A stretch of 64,000 bases of DNA from Felis catus (lineage: Eukaryota). A model generated the notes under the pieces. That model saw only the letters and a program-made list of their open reading frames with translations, searched no databases and was not told the origin of the DNA. Made by a program: the position numbers and the translations under genes. Below, piece by piece: positions 35,866-48,158 of this stretch (position 1 is its first letter; each line of letters opens with the position of its first letter). The stretch spans positions 9,984,001 to 10,048,000 of the forward strand of contig NC_058383.1 of NCBI RefSeq assembly GCF_018350175.1. The letters run 5' to 3'.

Positions 35866-36944
35866 CTGTGGGGAGGGAAAAGCACGTAGGGAAGGACCGT
35901 GGTTCTAGGCCTAAGCGCTCCTGAGGAAGGATGAATTCCCACACCCCTGTAGCTTTCTCCTCTTCACCAACTAGGCAGGTTTGATGACAAGGCCAGGACA
36001 CAGGAAGCAGAACGAAAGCCTAAGCTTCAATGGCATCTCTCCCCAACCAGGCCATAAATGCTTTGGATGAGACACCAATAGCACCAGAAATCAAGCCCAA
36101 AGTACAACCGCACCTCTCCTCACATAAAACAACACAAAACCTGTTTCTTTTGTCTCAACAGAATCAGCCAGGTAACGTAACATTTCAGATATGAAAAGTT
36201 GCTCCCGACCTTGGGGCAGACTGAACGAACGAGCAGCCCGGACAGGTGTTGCTCCACCTTGACGGCCCCGTTCCAGGAGTGGGACAGCTTACAGATGACC
36301 ACGACATCAAAGCAATGCTAATCCCGGCTCTGAACAGCTGGTCTAAAGCCCCGCCATTTCAGAGGAGTGTGCCTTACTCGGCTCTCAGTGTGGCTGGAGC
36401 GGAGTGAGAAATAACTGAGTAACGCTGTCACATGGGGTCAGGATCAAACAGCTCTGCCCTCTCGGAGACCAAGCCAGAGCACCCAGAAGCTGCCCTTTCA
36501 CAACCTCCAACTGCAATGTGGGAAACAACGGGATTAACTTGGCCAGTATGAAGGCATCTCCTCTTTACAAGGCCCCGGTGTTCGGCCTTGTGGGGGTCAG
36601 GGTGGTGAACAAAGCACCACCTCCACTCTCGGGGCAGCAGCAATCTCCTGGAAGACAGTCACTTGTAAGCCTAATCATGGAGGCACGATGCACCAAAGAC
36701 CGCGAGACTGGATGCTCACTTGGAACACAGAGGAGGAACAACTAATTTTACAAAGACAAAAACACTTCAAAAAAGTGAAATTTTAGGTAGGCCATAGGCA
36801 GTTCCCTCAGTACTGGGGAGAGGGAATATTCCCAGCTAGGAGGAACACACAGAGGCAAGGATACCCAATGAACAGTCTGTAACAAGCACACAAAATGGGA
36901 ATAAGGGCTCATAAAAACAGACCGGGGAGGGATCCCACATCAGG

Positions 36945-37302
36945 CTCTCAGCTGTTAGCATGGAGCCTGGAGCCTGGAGCCTGCTTTGGATTCTCTGCCT
37001 CCTTTTCCTCTCTCTGCCCCTCCCCTGGTCATGTTCTCTCTCTCGTTCTCAAAAATAAATAAATGTTAAAAAAAAAATTTTTTTTAACACAGACTGGGTG
37101 CACCTAGGGCTCAGTCAGTTAAGTGTCCAACTATTGGGTTCAGCTCAAGTCATGATCTCACGGTTTCATGAGTTTCAGCCCTGCCATTGGGCTCTGTGCT
37201 GACAGTGTGGAGGCTGCTTGGGATTCCCTCTCTCTTTCTCTCTCTGCCCCTGCCCTACTTGTGCTGTCTCTGTCTCTCTCAAAATAAATAAACAACAACA
37301 AA
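36945..37302 (+). mobile_element. Two tandem Can-SINEs, the first 5'-truncated
   Basis: SINE bodies with CT region and A tails at about 37050-37086 and 37280-37302. Confidence 0.85.
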
Positions 37303-38039
37303 GACCAGCATTCTATAACAATCTCAAAAATTAGGCCCAGGAATTTGGACTGTATTTCTAGAGGCAGTGGAAAAATTAAGGTTTTTAAACAAGAGAGTAA
37401 CACGAACAGATCTCTGCCTTATGTAAACTGTTCTGGTATCACCACAAAAGCTGGACGAATAAGAGGGGGAAAGACTGGAGGTAAGGAATTAAGAAGCCAC
37501 TGGAGGAGCCCAGATGAGAGAGACAGGAGGGCCAAATGACAGCAGGGACCATGGAGAGTACACAGCAGATGACTGATTTTGTAAGACGTCTGGACACACA
37601 GATAATGTCTGGCAAATGAGCACGGAAGTTGAGAGAGAGGAAGACTTTCAAGTTGACAGCAAAGTTGTAATCGTGATCAGGAAGGAAAACAACAGGTATG
37701 CGTAAGGAAGGTCAGGAGTTTCGGGATTTTTAGTGGTGGGTGGTTGCAGAAGTGATCGCAAATCAAGAAGTGGCCCAAGTGGAAGTAAAAGGCAAAAGGA
37801 GACATACTGCTAGGCAGGATCAAGAAGACACAAAACGTGTCTCACAATGAAGATGAGAAATGTCAACATTAAGCTAAAGTGAAATCAGAGTCCTTTGAGC
37901 TCTTACTGTAATACCTTAAATGATCAGGCTCCATACGCAAAAGATGAACTTACAGCTCCTTAGAATAATTCAGTTTGAATAACTAAAGCTTAATTATAAA
38001 CCAGCCATTTCATCTGTTTTTAAAAGAAGAAATTCTCAC

Positions 38040-38187
38040 CTGCCACGGGAGTTGCGCCTGGCAGTAGCAGGCTGGCAAGCGGGGCACTGCCACTCACCAT
38101 CTGGCACCTCATAGAGGGCTGGCCTCAGACAAAACAGGTGGAAGGCTTTGTTACATTCATCACACAAGATCAGTTTGTCATCCTCAC
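38040..38187 (-). CDS. BAZ1B: BAZ1B exon 15 (148 nt); PHD finger
   Basis: tgcag|GTGAGG...GGCAG|gtgaga; encodes (G)EDDKLILCDECNKAFHLFCLRPALYEVPDGEWQCPACQPATARRNSRG (C4HC3 with exon 14). Confidence 0.97.
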
Positions 38188-38890
38188 CTGCAAGGAGATA
38201 AACTTGTAGAGCACTGTCCGGAGCACAGCAATGGTTGGCAAGCTGTAACAAAGAGCCACTCACCCTCCATTAACGCCACAGGGGAGCCAACAGTCTAGCA
38301 AACTGTTATCCCTTTTTAGAAAAAATGCAGTCATTTCTGAGAAGAAATGAAGCATAACTACACTACTCGTAATTTAACACTCAGGTCTTCTGGCTTCTAT
38401 CCCCAAATCCAACTCCATCTAGGAGAGGACAGTTAAAAACATTTACAAAGTGGCAGCAAATACCAAGTCCTAGCAGGAAATGTCACTGCTCCTCTCCCAC
38501 TAAGAAACAAACCCCCATGAAGTATTAACATTTCCTATCCATCCTCTTCCTCGATACCCATCTGATATCGTTCTCTTAAATCACTCGGTTTCAAAATATA
38601 TGAAATCAACCTGATATGGTCACTTCCCTCTAGAACATTTATTCTAAAACAATGTTGAGAGCAACTGATGGGTTTTACACAGGATCTTTTCATCCTTGGG
38701 AAGGGAATTAAATCCTAACCTAGTTCACAAAATAACTTCAGCCACTGAGAAAGCACTTGAGGGCTATTAGTCATTAAGTTCCTTTTACACGGGTTCTGAA
38801 AGCTACAAGCATTAAAGAGTCCCAAACCCCTTGCTCTGTAGGACTGTGACAGTTGGCCCAAACCTGAGTATTCTTCCCAATGCACAAATA

Positions 38891-38904
38891 CTGCCCTCTG
38901 CTGG
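38891..38904 (-). promoter_or_regulatory. Candidate CTCF site in BAZ1B intron 14
   Basis: Minus strand CCAGCAGAGGGCAG matches CCASYAGRKGGCRS at all 14 positions. Motif only; binding not shown. Confidence 0.55.
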
Positions 38905-39215
38905 TAGAATATCTTACTTCATGGATGACTAAAAACTCAGATTTAAAATTGTAGGTTAATTTTGTTCCCTGTAGAAAATTTAAAGATTGGCAAGATAAAC
39001 CGCTCTTATATTCAAAACTGAGGAACAAAGGATTTTCTCTGATTTGCTGTCATGTTACTTCAAAGGGCAGCATTTTACAGATCTCTAGAAAAAGGCAAAT
39101 TCTGTTCCATTACACTTGAAAGTTGTGCACAGAAATCTTCAGGGGGGGAAATATCTTTGGAATGGAAGCCCCAGTCCCTATTACACTCAGACACACAACA
39201 CTGATTTAAATATAC

Positions 39216-39363
39216 CTTTCTTTCGACAAACTTTGCATCTAGCATTTTCTGCTGACATATCCCACTTGATACAGGCATCAAGCATCCCAAGTAGAACATG
39301 CATTCTGGAAAAAGTCTGAGCTTCACGGATTGCTGTCTTCCATTTCTCCAGAGCAGACGCAAC
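39216..39363 (-). CDS. BAZ1B: BAZ1B exon 14 (148 nt); start of PHD finger
   Basis: tttag|GTTGCG...AAGAAAG|gtatat; encodes VASALEKWKTAIREAQTFSRMHVLLGMLDACIKWDMSAENARCKVCRKK. Confidence 0.96.
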
Positions 39364-39861
39364 CTAAACAGAGACCACATCAGGTCAGCGCTGCCACAGC
39401 GACCTCAAGGACATGACATGCAGACTGTTGGCGAAATGCTGCCGGAGAGCATGAACTGACAGCATCAGGAACAGGTGGAGGGGTGAGAGAATGCTGGATA
39501 CATTTAACTCCTAGGGCTTTTCCAGTCTCACCCGTTTAGTTTATAGAAGAAATCAAGGCTCTGAAGAGTGGGAAAAACTTACCAAAGGTTACATAAAGAA
39601 TTAAGGCAGGGGATGGGGGGCGGGGGAGGGTGATCAGACACCTGTCTCTTCCAGTGAAATCCACTTAAAGATTGAGTGTCATTTAAAAGCACGAACACTT
39701 GTGTACACGCTAAGCGTGCAGTGACATCATGTAGCTACCGCAACTCTGGTCAACAAGATGATCGGTTTCTGCGTTATGTGCCACAACCCCAGTTTACAGG
39801 GCCTGGAAATTATAGTAAATACTCTCCATGAAACATTCTACAACACTTAAAAAATATTTTA

Positions 39862-41687
39862 ATTTTTTTAAAATGTTTCTTCATTTTGGAAAGAGATAGT
39901 GTGAGCAGAGGAGGGTCAGAGAGGGAGACACAGAATCCAAAGCAGACTTCAGGTTCTGAGCTGTCAGCACAGAGCCCGATGCAGACCCAAACCCACAAAC
40001 TGAGATCATGACCTGAGCCGAAGTCAGCCACTTAACCGACTGAGCCACCCAAGCGCCCCAATACTTAAAAATACTATGCACTAATCTGAAGTATTCCTCT
40101 TGACTTTATCACCAACTTGTAAGTGAAAATTTCAGAGGCCCAGGGCTCAGACTCACTTCTTCCCGGGAGTTACTCTCAGCATAATAAGCACTGCCTCTTC
40201 CCATCTTCAGAAAATGCAAATTAATTCAGAATAAGCCAGGGAAAACACAGTTAGGAAGGGGGAGGAGGGGTTAAAACTCTCAACAACAGGGGCACCTGGG
40301 TGGCTCAGTCAGTTAAGTGTCCAACTCTTGACTCGATTTCAGCTCAGGTCACGATCTAAGGTTCATGAGATTGAGCCTGCATTGGGCTCTGCGCTGACGG
40401 TGTGGAGCCTGCTTGGGATTCTTGCTCTCCCTCTCCTTCTGTCCCTCTCTCACTAGCACGCATGTGTGCCCTCTCTCAAAATAAATAAACTTAAAAAAAA
40501 ATTCAATGATAAACACAACCCTCTCTCCTATAAAATATACATTCTAAGGAAAACCAGAAATGCCATTTTTGGATAATTCCTTTATTGGTATTACTGTTTC
40601 ATTAATCAAAAGGTGTTTACATCTTCAAAACATTTCTTACCTCAATGATGAGGTAAGCATCTGCATAAACAAATGCCTCTAAAGGGATTATCATTCTCAG
40701 ACAGTCAGAAAACACAGCAGCGATGGACGAGGGAAAGCTTGGGAGCTACACCGGAAGCTGAGAGATTAGGTCATCCTACTGTCATCCACCTTGTGGGGAT
40801 CGTATTGCTTAACCCGGCCAACCTGGCCGTAACTGAACTCAAATTCAGGGAGCGATGCCTACTGCTTTTACAACTTGGCTACCAGGCCTAGCTGACTAAC
40901 AATACCACTGCTGCACATCTCTGCTCTACCCTAGGCAGAGGTCTATTTTAAGTAATATAGTCTTTATCTTGTAGGAAAGGCTAGTTATCCTGGAAGCCCA
41001 CAGGCTTTAAAATAGAGCTGCCAAGGGACAAAGACCGTTGAGCTACTTCTGAAGCTGTGGTGTGAGGTTTGAGAGTGGGGAACAAAGGCTGCCCTTTCTC
41101 TTTCTTATGGAAACAGAGAACCACAGAGAGCCCTGTGTGTATCAATTCACGAATAACAAGAATACGTAATATAAATACAACAAAAAGTCTATTTAAGGGG
41201 CAGCTAAAATTCTAGTAGAATCTGGCTCATTCCTTACTCCAACTCCACTGCAGATAATTTCAACATCTGCCTTCAAAATACAGTACAATTTCCTTCCTTC
41301 CCTCCTCAGAGCTCCTCAGTAAAATGTGAAGTCCACAATCGCAGCTTGCCTCGCTGGGCTGGGCTGTTCCCATGATGCCAGGGAGAGCTGACCTATGGTA
41401 CACAGATTCTTGTAGCATGGTTAACAACCCACATGCCTTCAATGGAATACAAATTTAAGAATTTTAGGTTCAGGGGCACCTGGGTGGCCCAGTCGGTTAA
41501 GCATCTGACTTTGGGTCAGGTCATGATCGTGCAGTTCCTGAGTTTGAGCCCCGCGTCATACTCGGTGCTGACAGCTCAGAGCCTGAAGCCTGCTTCAGAT
41601 TCTGTCTTCCTCGCTCTCTGCCCCTCCCCCGCTCATGTTCGGTCTCTCACTCAAAAATAAGTAAACATTAAAAAAAAAAAAAAAAAA
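39862..41687. mobile_element. Three Can-SINEs in BAZ1B intron 13 (-39862-40059, +40288-40501, +41473-41687)
   Basis: Typical heads and tails. Confidence 0.88.
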
Positions 41688-41929
41688 GATTCAGTCCTTA
41701 AAGAGTGCCCTAACAGACAGAAATGGCTCAAATGGGCTTTGCTGTCCTCTAGTGGACAGATGCATGAGAGCATTCAAGAGTCCTATTAGCATATAGTACC
41801 CTTTTTTTTTTTTAACTATTTCCTATGAATTACAAGATTTGAGTGCTCAATAGCACATCTGGCCTCGTTAAAATAAAAAAAAATTTTTTGGAAAGATCCT
41901 GGAAATAGGCTTACTTAACTTCATTTTAA

Positions 41930-42380
41930 TACAGACTTGAGACATAATTTATGTTAACAAGTTCACCTGTAAAGAAACAATGGTTTTTCATGTATTTGCA
42001 GAGCTGTACAACTAGCGGCATAATCTTAATTCTAGAACATTTGCAGCACCCACTAGTAGCCACTCCACATCCTCCACCCTAACCCACCACTTCCCCAGAC
42101 CTAGGCAACCACTAATTCACTTTTGGTCTAGAGATTCTCTTATTCTGGACATTCTGTATACCTTTTGTGACTGACTTCTTTTACTGAGCATAATTTTTCT
42201 AGGTCCATCCACATCGTAGCATATAACAATACTTCATTCCATTTTAACTGCTGAATAATAACCACTGAATGGATAATTCACATTTTGTCTATCCATTCAT
42301 CAGTTGAGGGACATCTGGGCTATTTCCATTTTTGGGCTATTATAAATAATACTGCTATGAACATATGTGCACATTTGTAT
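41930..42380 (-). mobile_element. Old L1 3'-region fragment
   Basis: ctaggcaaccactaat...ttctggacatt...ccattcatcagttgagggacatctgggctatttcca...gctatgaacat. Confidence 0.8.
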
Positions 42381-43940
42381 AATCTTCATTTACTATTTTT
42401 GCCCGAAGTCTCAGCAATTTGGGGCCAGGTCTCCTTCACATTTCTAGATCCCCAATCCCAGTGCTCTTGACATCATAGATACTGGATAATCACTAGCATC
42501 CTGTTAAACCCACTGAGTTATCCACTTAGACCAGCCTACATTCCAACCAGCCTCTAATTTTGAGGGCAAAACATTAGGCATTCAAGATTTGAAAGACCAT
42601 CCTGTTCTCCTGTCACTGTAAAAACTTCCAAACAGTCCAGCACATTAAAACAAAAACCCCACACCATATTCAAGACACTGGGTTTTTTGTTGTGCTTTTA
42701 AAGACACCGTTTTCAAAACAGATATACAGTGGCAACAAAGTTTTGACATTCGACACTGGTGGTATCCAGTAAATCCTCTAGGTCTTACAATGCTGCTGGA
42801 GGCTAAACACATTATTCTGATGGAAAATTCAAATCTCTAGCATGTTTAAATAAAATTGGTCCCTAGGTAGAAGTGGATGTAACAGAATCAAGGGGAAGCC
42901 AGCTTACCTGCAAAGTTCCCATTAATCCTTTCACTAACAGTAAAAAGGCAATATCCTATCTTGGTTAGGATATGACAAGGCTTTCAACCATATTCTTCCA
43001 CAAAAGAACATTTAAAATGGAAAAACAGATAATCAAGTTTAGGGACAAATGCATCCAAAGTAAATAGCCTAAAAGAACTCAGGATTTTGCCAATTTATAC
43101 AACGGCTTTCCCACTTAATGCAAAAAAAAAAAAAAAATTAAATAAACATTAAATATCTGAAATCATCAACTATTACAAAAAGGGATTAGAGAAACCATCT
43201 ACTTTTGTAAGTAAGGAAACTGAAGCCCATTTTAAAGACTGATATTAGTTCAAGCAACCACCTAGTGCCAGCTGAAAAACCCTAGCCTGTGCTAAGTGGA
43301 AACCTTCAAAGCAAAGGGCAGTGGAAAATTTCAGAGCTGTGGCAAAGCTGACCTTTGGTCGGGAACTGCAGGCAGGGCATAATGCCATTTTAATGGAGAA
43401 CATTGTTGAACTACTTAGTAGGCAACCTAATTGATTTTCCAAGAAACTCTTCCATGCTTTCCATTTGTGTACCATGTGTCTGGGCCCCAAGGTTAAACCA
43501 GCAAAACGCTCATATTTTCCTCCCCGATCAAGTTAAGAATGAAGTCTCATATGACAAGCTAAAAAGAGGTTACTTTGCTATGGGGAGGAATATTAAAAAA
43601 GAACTTTTGACAAGAATTCTATAGCTACTGCTGCGCAATGAGAAACTGTTACTGGCAAAGAAATGTCAAGGGAACATCACATCAAGAGACTCTTCTGGAT
43701 ACAGTTAAAAATAAAGCCCATGCAGTACTCAGCAAGGCTAAAACTGAGGCCTAATGAGAAAAGACTTAGCAAAGGAGACTATTAACCATCTAACATCTTA
43801 GACTTCATCTAGAAGCTTACCTGAATGCCGTGCCACCATCAAAAGAGAACACAGAGAACTGGGAACTAAATCCCAGGAAGATACCAACATGTGTGGAGTG
43901 TTTGAATCTAAGTCATGAATTAACAGTTAAACCTTTATTT

Positions 43941-44106
43941 GGGGTGCCTGGGTGGCTCAGTCTGTTAAGCATCCGACTGCAGCTCAAGTCAAGATCTCAC
44001 AGTTCATGGGTTTGAGCCCCGTGTCGGGCACTGTGCTGACAGCTTGGAGCCTGGAGCCTGCTTCCGATTCTGTGTCTCCCTCCCTCTCTGCCCCTCCCCA
44101 CTCACG

Positions 44107-44142
<36 letters not shown>

Positions 44143-44167
44143 AATAAATAAAAACATTAAAAAAAAA
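43941..44167 (+). mobile_element. Felid-type Can-SINE with 14-bp target-site duplication
   Basis: agttaaacctttat on both sides (43925-43938 and 44169-44182). Confidence 0.93.
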
Positions 44168-45169
44168 TAGTTAAACCTTTATCGGACTGAATCTTAGCTC
44201 TCTGCTCTGCTTACCTCCTTCCCAAAAGCATCCTTTTATCATGCTTCACCCTTGGCCTGAGGGAAGAAACGGAGAGTAACTTGACAACACTGTACAAATA
44301 CCTGAGGAGCTTTAGAGAATAAACTCATTCTGTGTTCTGTATCAATTTGGAGGGAAAACAAGGACCGGCTGGCCCGTGAGGAGAAAGCCAATGTCAGCTC
44401 AATCTAACGAAGCCTATGCGCCCTTCCACAACTGGATTAACTCCTACTTATTCCTCAAAACCCAGCTGACATGGCCTCTCCTCCGGCCCCGCTTTGCCCT
44501 AGGTACCCCTCACAGGCAGGCTGGCTCCTGCACTTTCTCATCAGCGCTCGGATGCCACCAAGACCATCCTTCCCATGCCAGCGGGACTCCTTGAGGGCAA
44601 GGACTTCTGGCTTCTACTCATCACCATCACCTCCAGACTTCCCACACGACTGGCACAAGGCAAGTCTTTACCAGATGTTTGTGAACAGAAGGAAATGAGG
44701 GAGTGGAGAAAAATAAAAAACAGGGAAAAGTGTTCTTCTATGGGATAATGCCTGGGACCACTCCCTTCATGTAGTGTTTTCAAATTCTTTTCTTCCTAAG
44801 TAATCTTAAGCAGAAATCTAATAGACAAAACAAAAAAATGGAGCTAATTATTCTAATAAAGAAAAACCAGAGACATTTCATCAGTAAGGAATTAAGATAC
44901 TCAGAAAACAGTGTCATGTGGATCTATATGGACTGAAAGCAGACAGACAGAGATTATGCTGAGGGGTGAAAAATCGCAGAACATTATGCAGATGACTCCA
45001 TTCTGTACAACTGCCATAAAACTATCTTCATATGTATACAGAAAACACACCAAAGTACTAAAGACTGATATCCTTGGGGAGCAACACCAGGATAGGAGTG
45101 GTTTCATGTTTTACGGTACCTCTCACACTGGATTTACTTACAATGAGCATGTTACTTTTAAAACTTAAA

Positions 45170-46855
45170 AACCAAAAAAACTGGATATCCACATGCAAAA
45201 AACTGAGGTTAGACCCTTACTCTACAAAAATTAACTCAATATGAATAAAAAATTCATTTAATTATTAATTTTTTTGAGAGAGAGAGAGAGCACGCGCGCA
45301 CACACACCCGTGTGCACAAGCTAGGGAGGGGCAGAGAGAGGGGGAGAGACTCCACGCTGTCAGCACAGAGCCCAACGCGGGGCTCGAACCCATGAACCAC
45401 GATATCATGACCTGAGCCGAAATCAAGAGTCAGGTGCTTAACTGACTGAGCCCCCCCAGGTGCCCCTGGATCAAAGATTTAAGTGTAAGAGCTCAAACTC
45501 TAAAACCTGTAGAAGAAAACAGAGGGGAAGGACATTGGATTTGTTGACACTGGATCTGGCAATATTTCCTGGATGTGACACTAAAAGCAGAAGCAGCAAA
45601 AGAAACAACAGGTAAGGTGAATTCTGTCAAACTTTAAAACTTTTATACATCAATGGACATCACCAAGAGAAGTAAAAGGCAGCGCACAGGATGCGAGAAT
45701 GTATTAGCAAATCACACACGTGATAAAGGATTAATACCCAGAACGCATAAAGAACCTACATAACTCAACAGTGAAAAATATACAACCCAATTAAAAAGCA
45801 GCCAAAGGACTCAAAGCAACATTTCCCCCAAGAAGACAGACAAAAGGCCAACAAAAACATTGCTCAACATCACTAATCATTAGGGGAATGCAAATCAAAA
45901 CCACAAGAGATCACTTCACACCCATCAGGATGACTGCAACCAAAGAAACAGAAAATACCAAGTGTTGGCAAGAATGCGGAGAAATCAGAGCCCTTGTGCA
46001 CGGCTGATGGGCATGTAAAATGGTGCAGCTTCTATGGAAAACATGACCGTTCTTGAAAAAATTAACCAGAATTACTATAATGATGCAGCAATTCTACTTC
46101 TAGGTATACAGCCAAAAGAACTGAAAGTAAGAACTAGAACAGATAGCTGTACACTGGTGTTTAAAGCAGCATTACTGGATGTGAGGGCCACCGGCTGCAA
46201 TATCTGTCATGCCAGTTCTCCAGGATGGATCTGGCACATGTGGTGGGCTAGCTGAGTGTATCCTTCCTCCCTCACTGTACAGCCCTCCTGAACCTTCCCC
46301 CATAGAGCAGGACCATTCTTCAGTCAAGGGTATACAGTGGCACTCCCCTGCTAGAGGCTCCCAGCAAGCTCTCAAGGCCCACAGCAGCATCACCCACTAG
46401 AGCCAAAAGGTGGAAGTTACCCAAGTGTGCATGGACGGATGACTATGGAATGTAGTATATACACAGAATGGACTATTACTCAGTCTTAAAAGGGAAATTC
46501 TGGCACGTAATATAACACAGATGAGCTTTGAAGACGTTATGCTAAGTTAAATAAACCAGTCGCAGAAGGACAAATAGCATGATTCCACTTCTATGTAACG
46601 GTGCCCAGACTAGTTGAATTCAGACGCAGAAAGAAAGTGGTGGTTGCCAGGGATTGAGGGGAGAGTGAAATGGGTAGTTCAGTCTTTAAGGGGCAGAGTG
46701 TCAGCTTGCAAAGGTATAAAGGTTCTGGAGATGGACAGGGGAGATGGCTACATAATACTGTAGGTACTTGACACACAACTGACAAAGAGCACAGAAATGG
46801 CTAAAATGACTAAGTGCTCATTACGAGTATTCTACCATTTTTGAAAACTTAAAAA
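45170..46855 (+). mobile_element. Old L1 (ORF2 end and 3'UTR) interrupted by a Can-SINE (-45265-45466) and the 7SK retrocopy
   Basis: tggatatccacatgcaaaa, gaatgcaaatcaaaaccacaag, gtaaaatggtgcagc, gaagacgttatgctaag: L1 3' landmarks; no intact ORF. Confidence 0.85.
46177..46381 (+). pseudogene. 7SK snRNA retropseudogene, 3'-truncated, inserted in an old L1 in BAZ1B intron 13
   Basis: Starts GGATGTGAGGGC like the 7SK 5' end. Contains ccttcctccctcac, atagagcaggacc-tcttcagtcaagggtatac and ctcccctgctaga-caagctctcaaggccca, colinear with 7SK as I recall it. Flanked by an imperfect 14-bp direct repeat. Confidence 0.9.
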
Positions 46856-47095
46856 CTGCTACCACCTTTTAAAAAGAAATCAGCTCTGGCAAAAGGGGCT
46901 GGGGACACTCTGAGCCATTATCCAGCTCTGCTCCACAGACGAATCTGAAAACCACAAAATTTAGTGAAAGTGATAAAAATGGACCACTGGTGCAGGAACA
47001 GTGCTTACAGAAGGTAAAATCACAGGGTGAGACCATTTTAAAACCAGACCGCACTCTTCCACAGTCATGAAACTGCATCTTCATGAACAAAATAC

Positions 47096-47278
47096 CTTTG
47101 CTTCCTCTGCCATTTTCTTCTCTTCATCCACCTCTTCTGTCTTTGCTGAATCTTCGCTTTGGAGTTTTCTTCTCTTTTGTTTGGGAGCCATGAAGCCTTG
47201 GAGAAACTTCTTTATGACACTGGCTTGTAGGGCAATCACACACTCACCAAAATCCTTCAGTTTCTCTAATGAGATCAC
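47096..47278 (-). CDS. BAZ1B: BAZ1B exon 13 (183 nt)
   Basis: tgtag|GTGATC...GCAAAG|gtattt; encodes VISLEKLKDFGECVIALQASVIKKFLQGFMAPKQKRRKLQSEDSAKTEEVDEEKKMAEEAK. Confidence 0.96.
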
Positions 47279-48042
47279 CTACAGGAAATGATGGAAACAC
47301 CAGAATGAATGAAAGGCCAAGATGGAAACACCAGAATGAATGAAAGGCCAAGATGCGAGGAGACTATCCTCAACTAAATTAAAATCAACCTGGACCCCAA
47401 ATGGGTCACATAGCATGAATTTACCTCGGTGCCTCAGTTCAGTGGGTGGTTTATACATTGAAAAGCAACTTATTACTTTCCCTGGCAATGGGACCCACGG
47501 GATGCTGAAACTTGCTCCCCTCAAGAAGTCATTCATTCACTCAGCAATTGAGTACCTACTATGTACAAACTGCAGTCTCAAGGCAGAGAGAAAATGAGAA
47601 GGAAAATAAACATTACCTGACCCACCAGCTTACAAACTATGTAAGCCAGGTAAATATGCTTTCCATACTTTTTCACCTAAGCCTCTCATTTATGTCCTGG
47701 ATAAGGAAATCATTTTGATTCAAAGCATGCACTTAAGTGAACACTACCTTCTCAGTCACACAAAACATGTCAATTAGAGATAGCATTTTAGAACAACAAA
47801 GAAATAAAGATGAATGATGACAACCCGATGTTAGCAAGGTGTGAGCCTGGGTCTGGCACAAAGCAGGCAATGGATAAATATTTGATAAATAAACAAAAAA
47901 GTATATGTTGATTTTGAAACTGGCAAAATCCTTTAGGGTTGAAGAATACTTTAAAAACATCATTAAGAACAACAAAGATGTTTAAATCCTTTTTCTCAGG
48001 AAATGTGCCACGCATTCATAACCAAATTACAGAGAAAAGGCT

Positions 48043-48127
48043 GGGGGTGCCTGGCTGGCTCAGTCAGTGGAGCAAAAGACTCTGGATTTTAGGATGGGGA
48101 GTGTGAGCTCCACAATGGGCATGGAGA

Positions 48128-48158
<31 letters not shown>

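Noticed and set aside
47290..47351. Direct repeats as a CRISPR-like array
   Set aside because: Two adjacent copies with no spacer in a mammalian intron; a simple tandem duplication.
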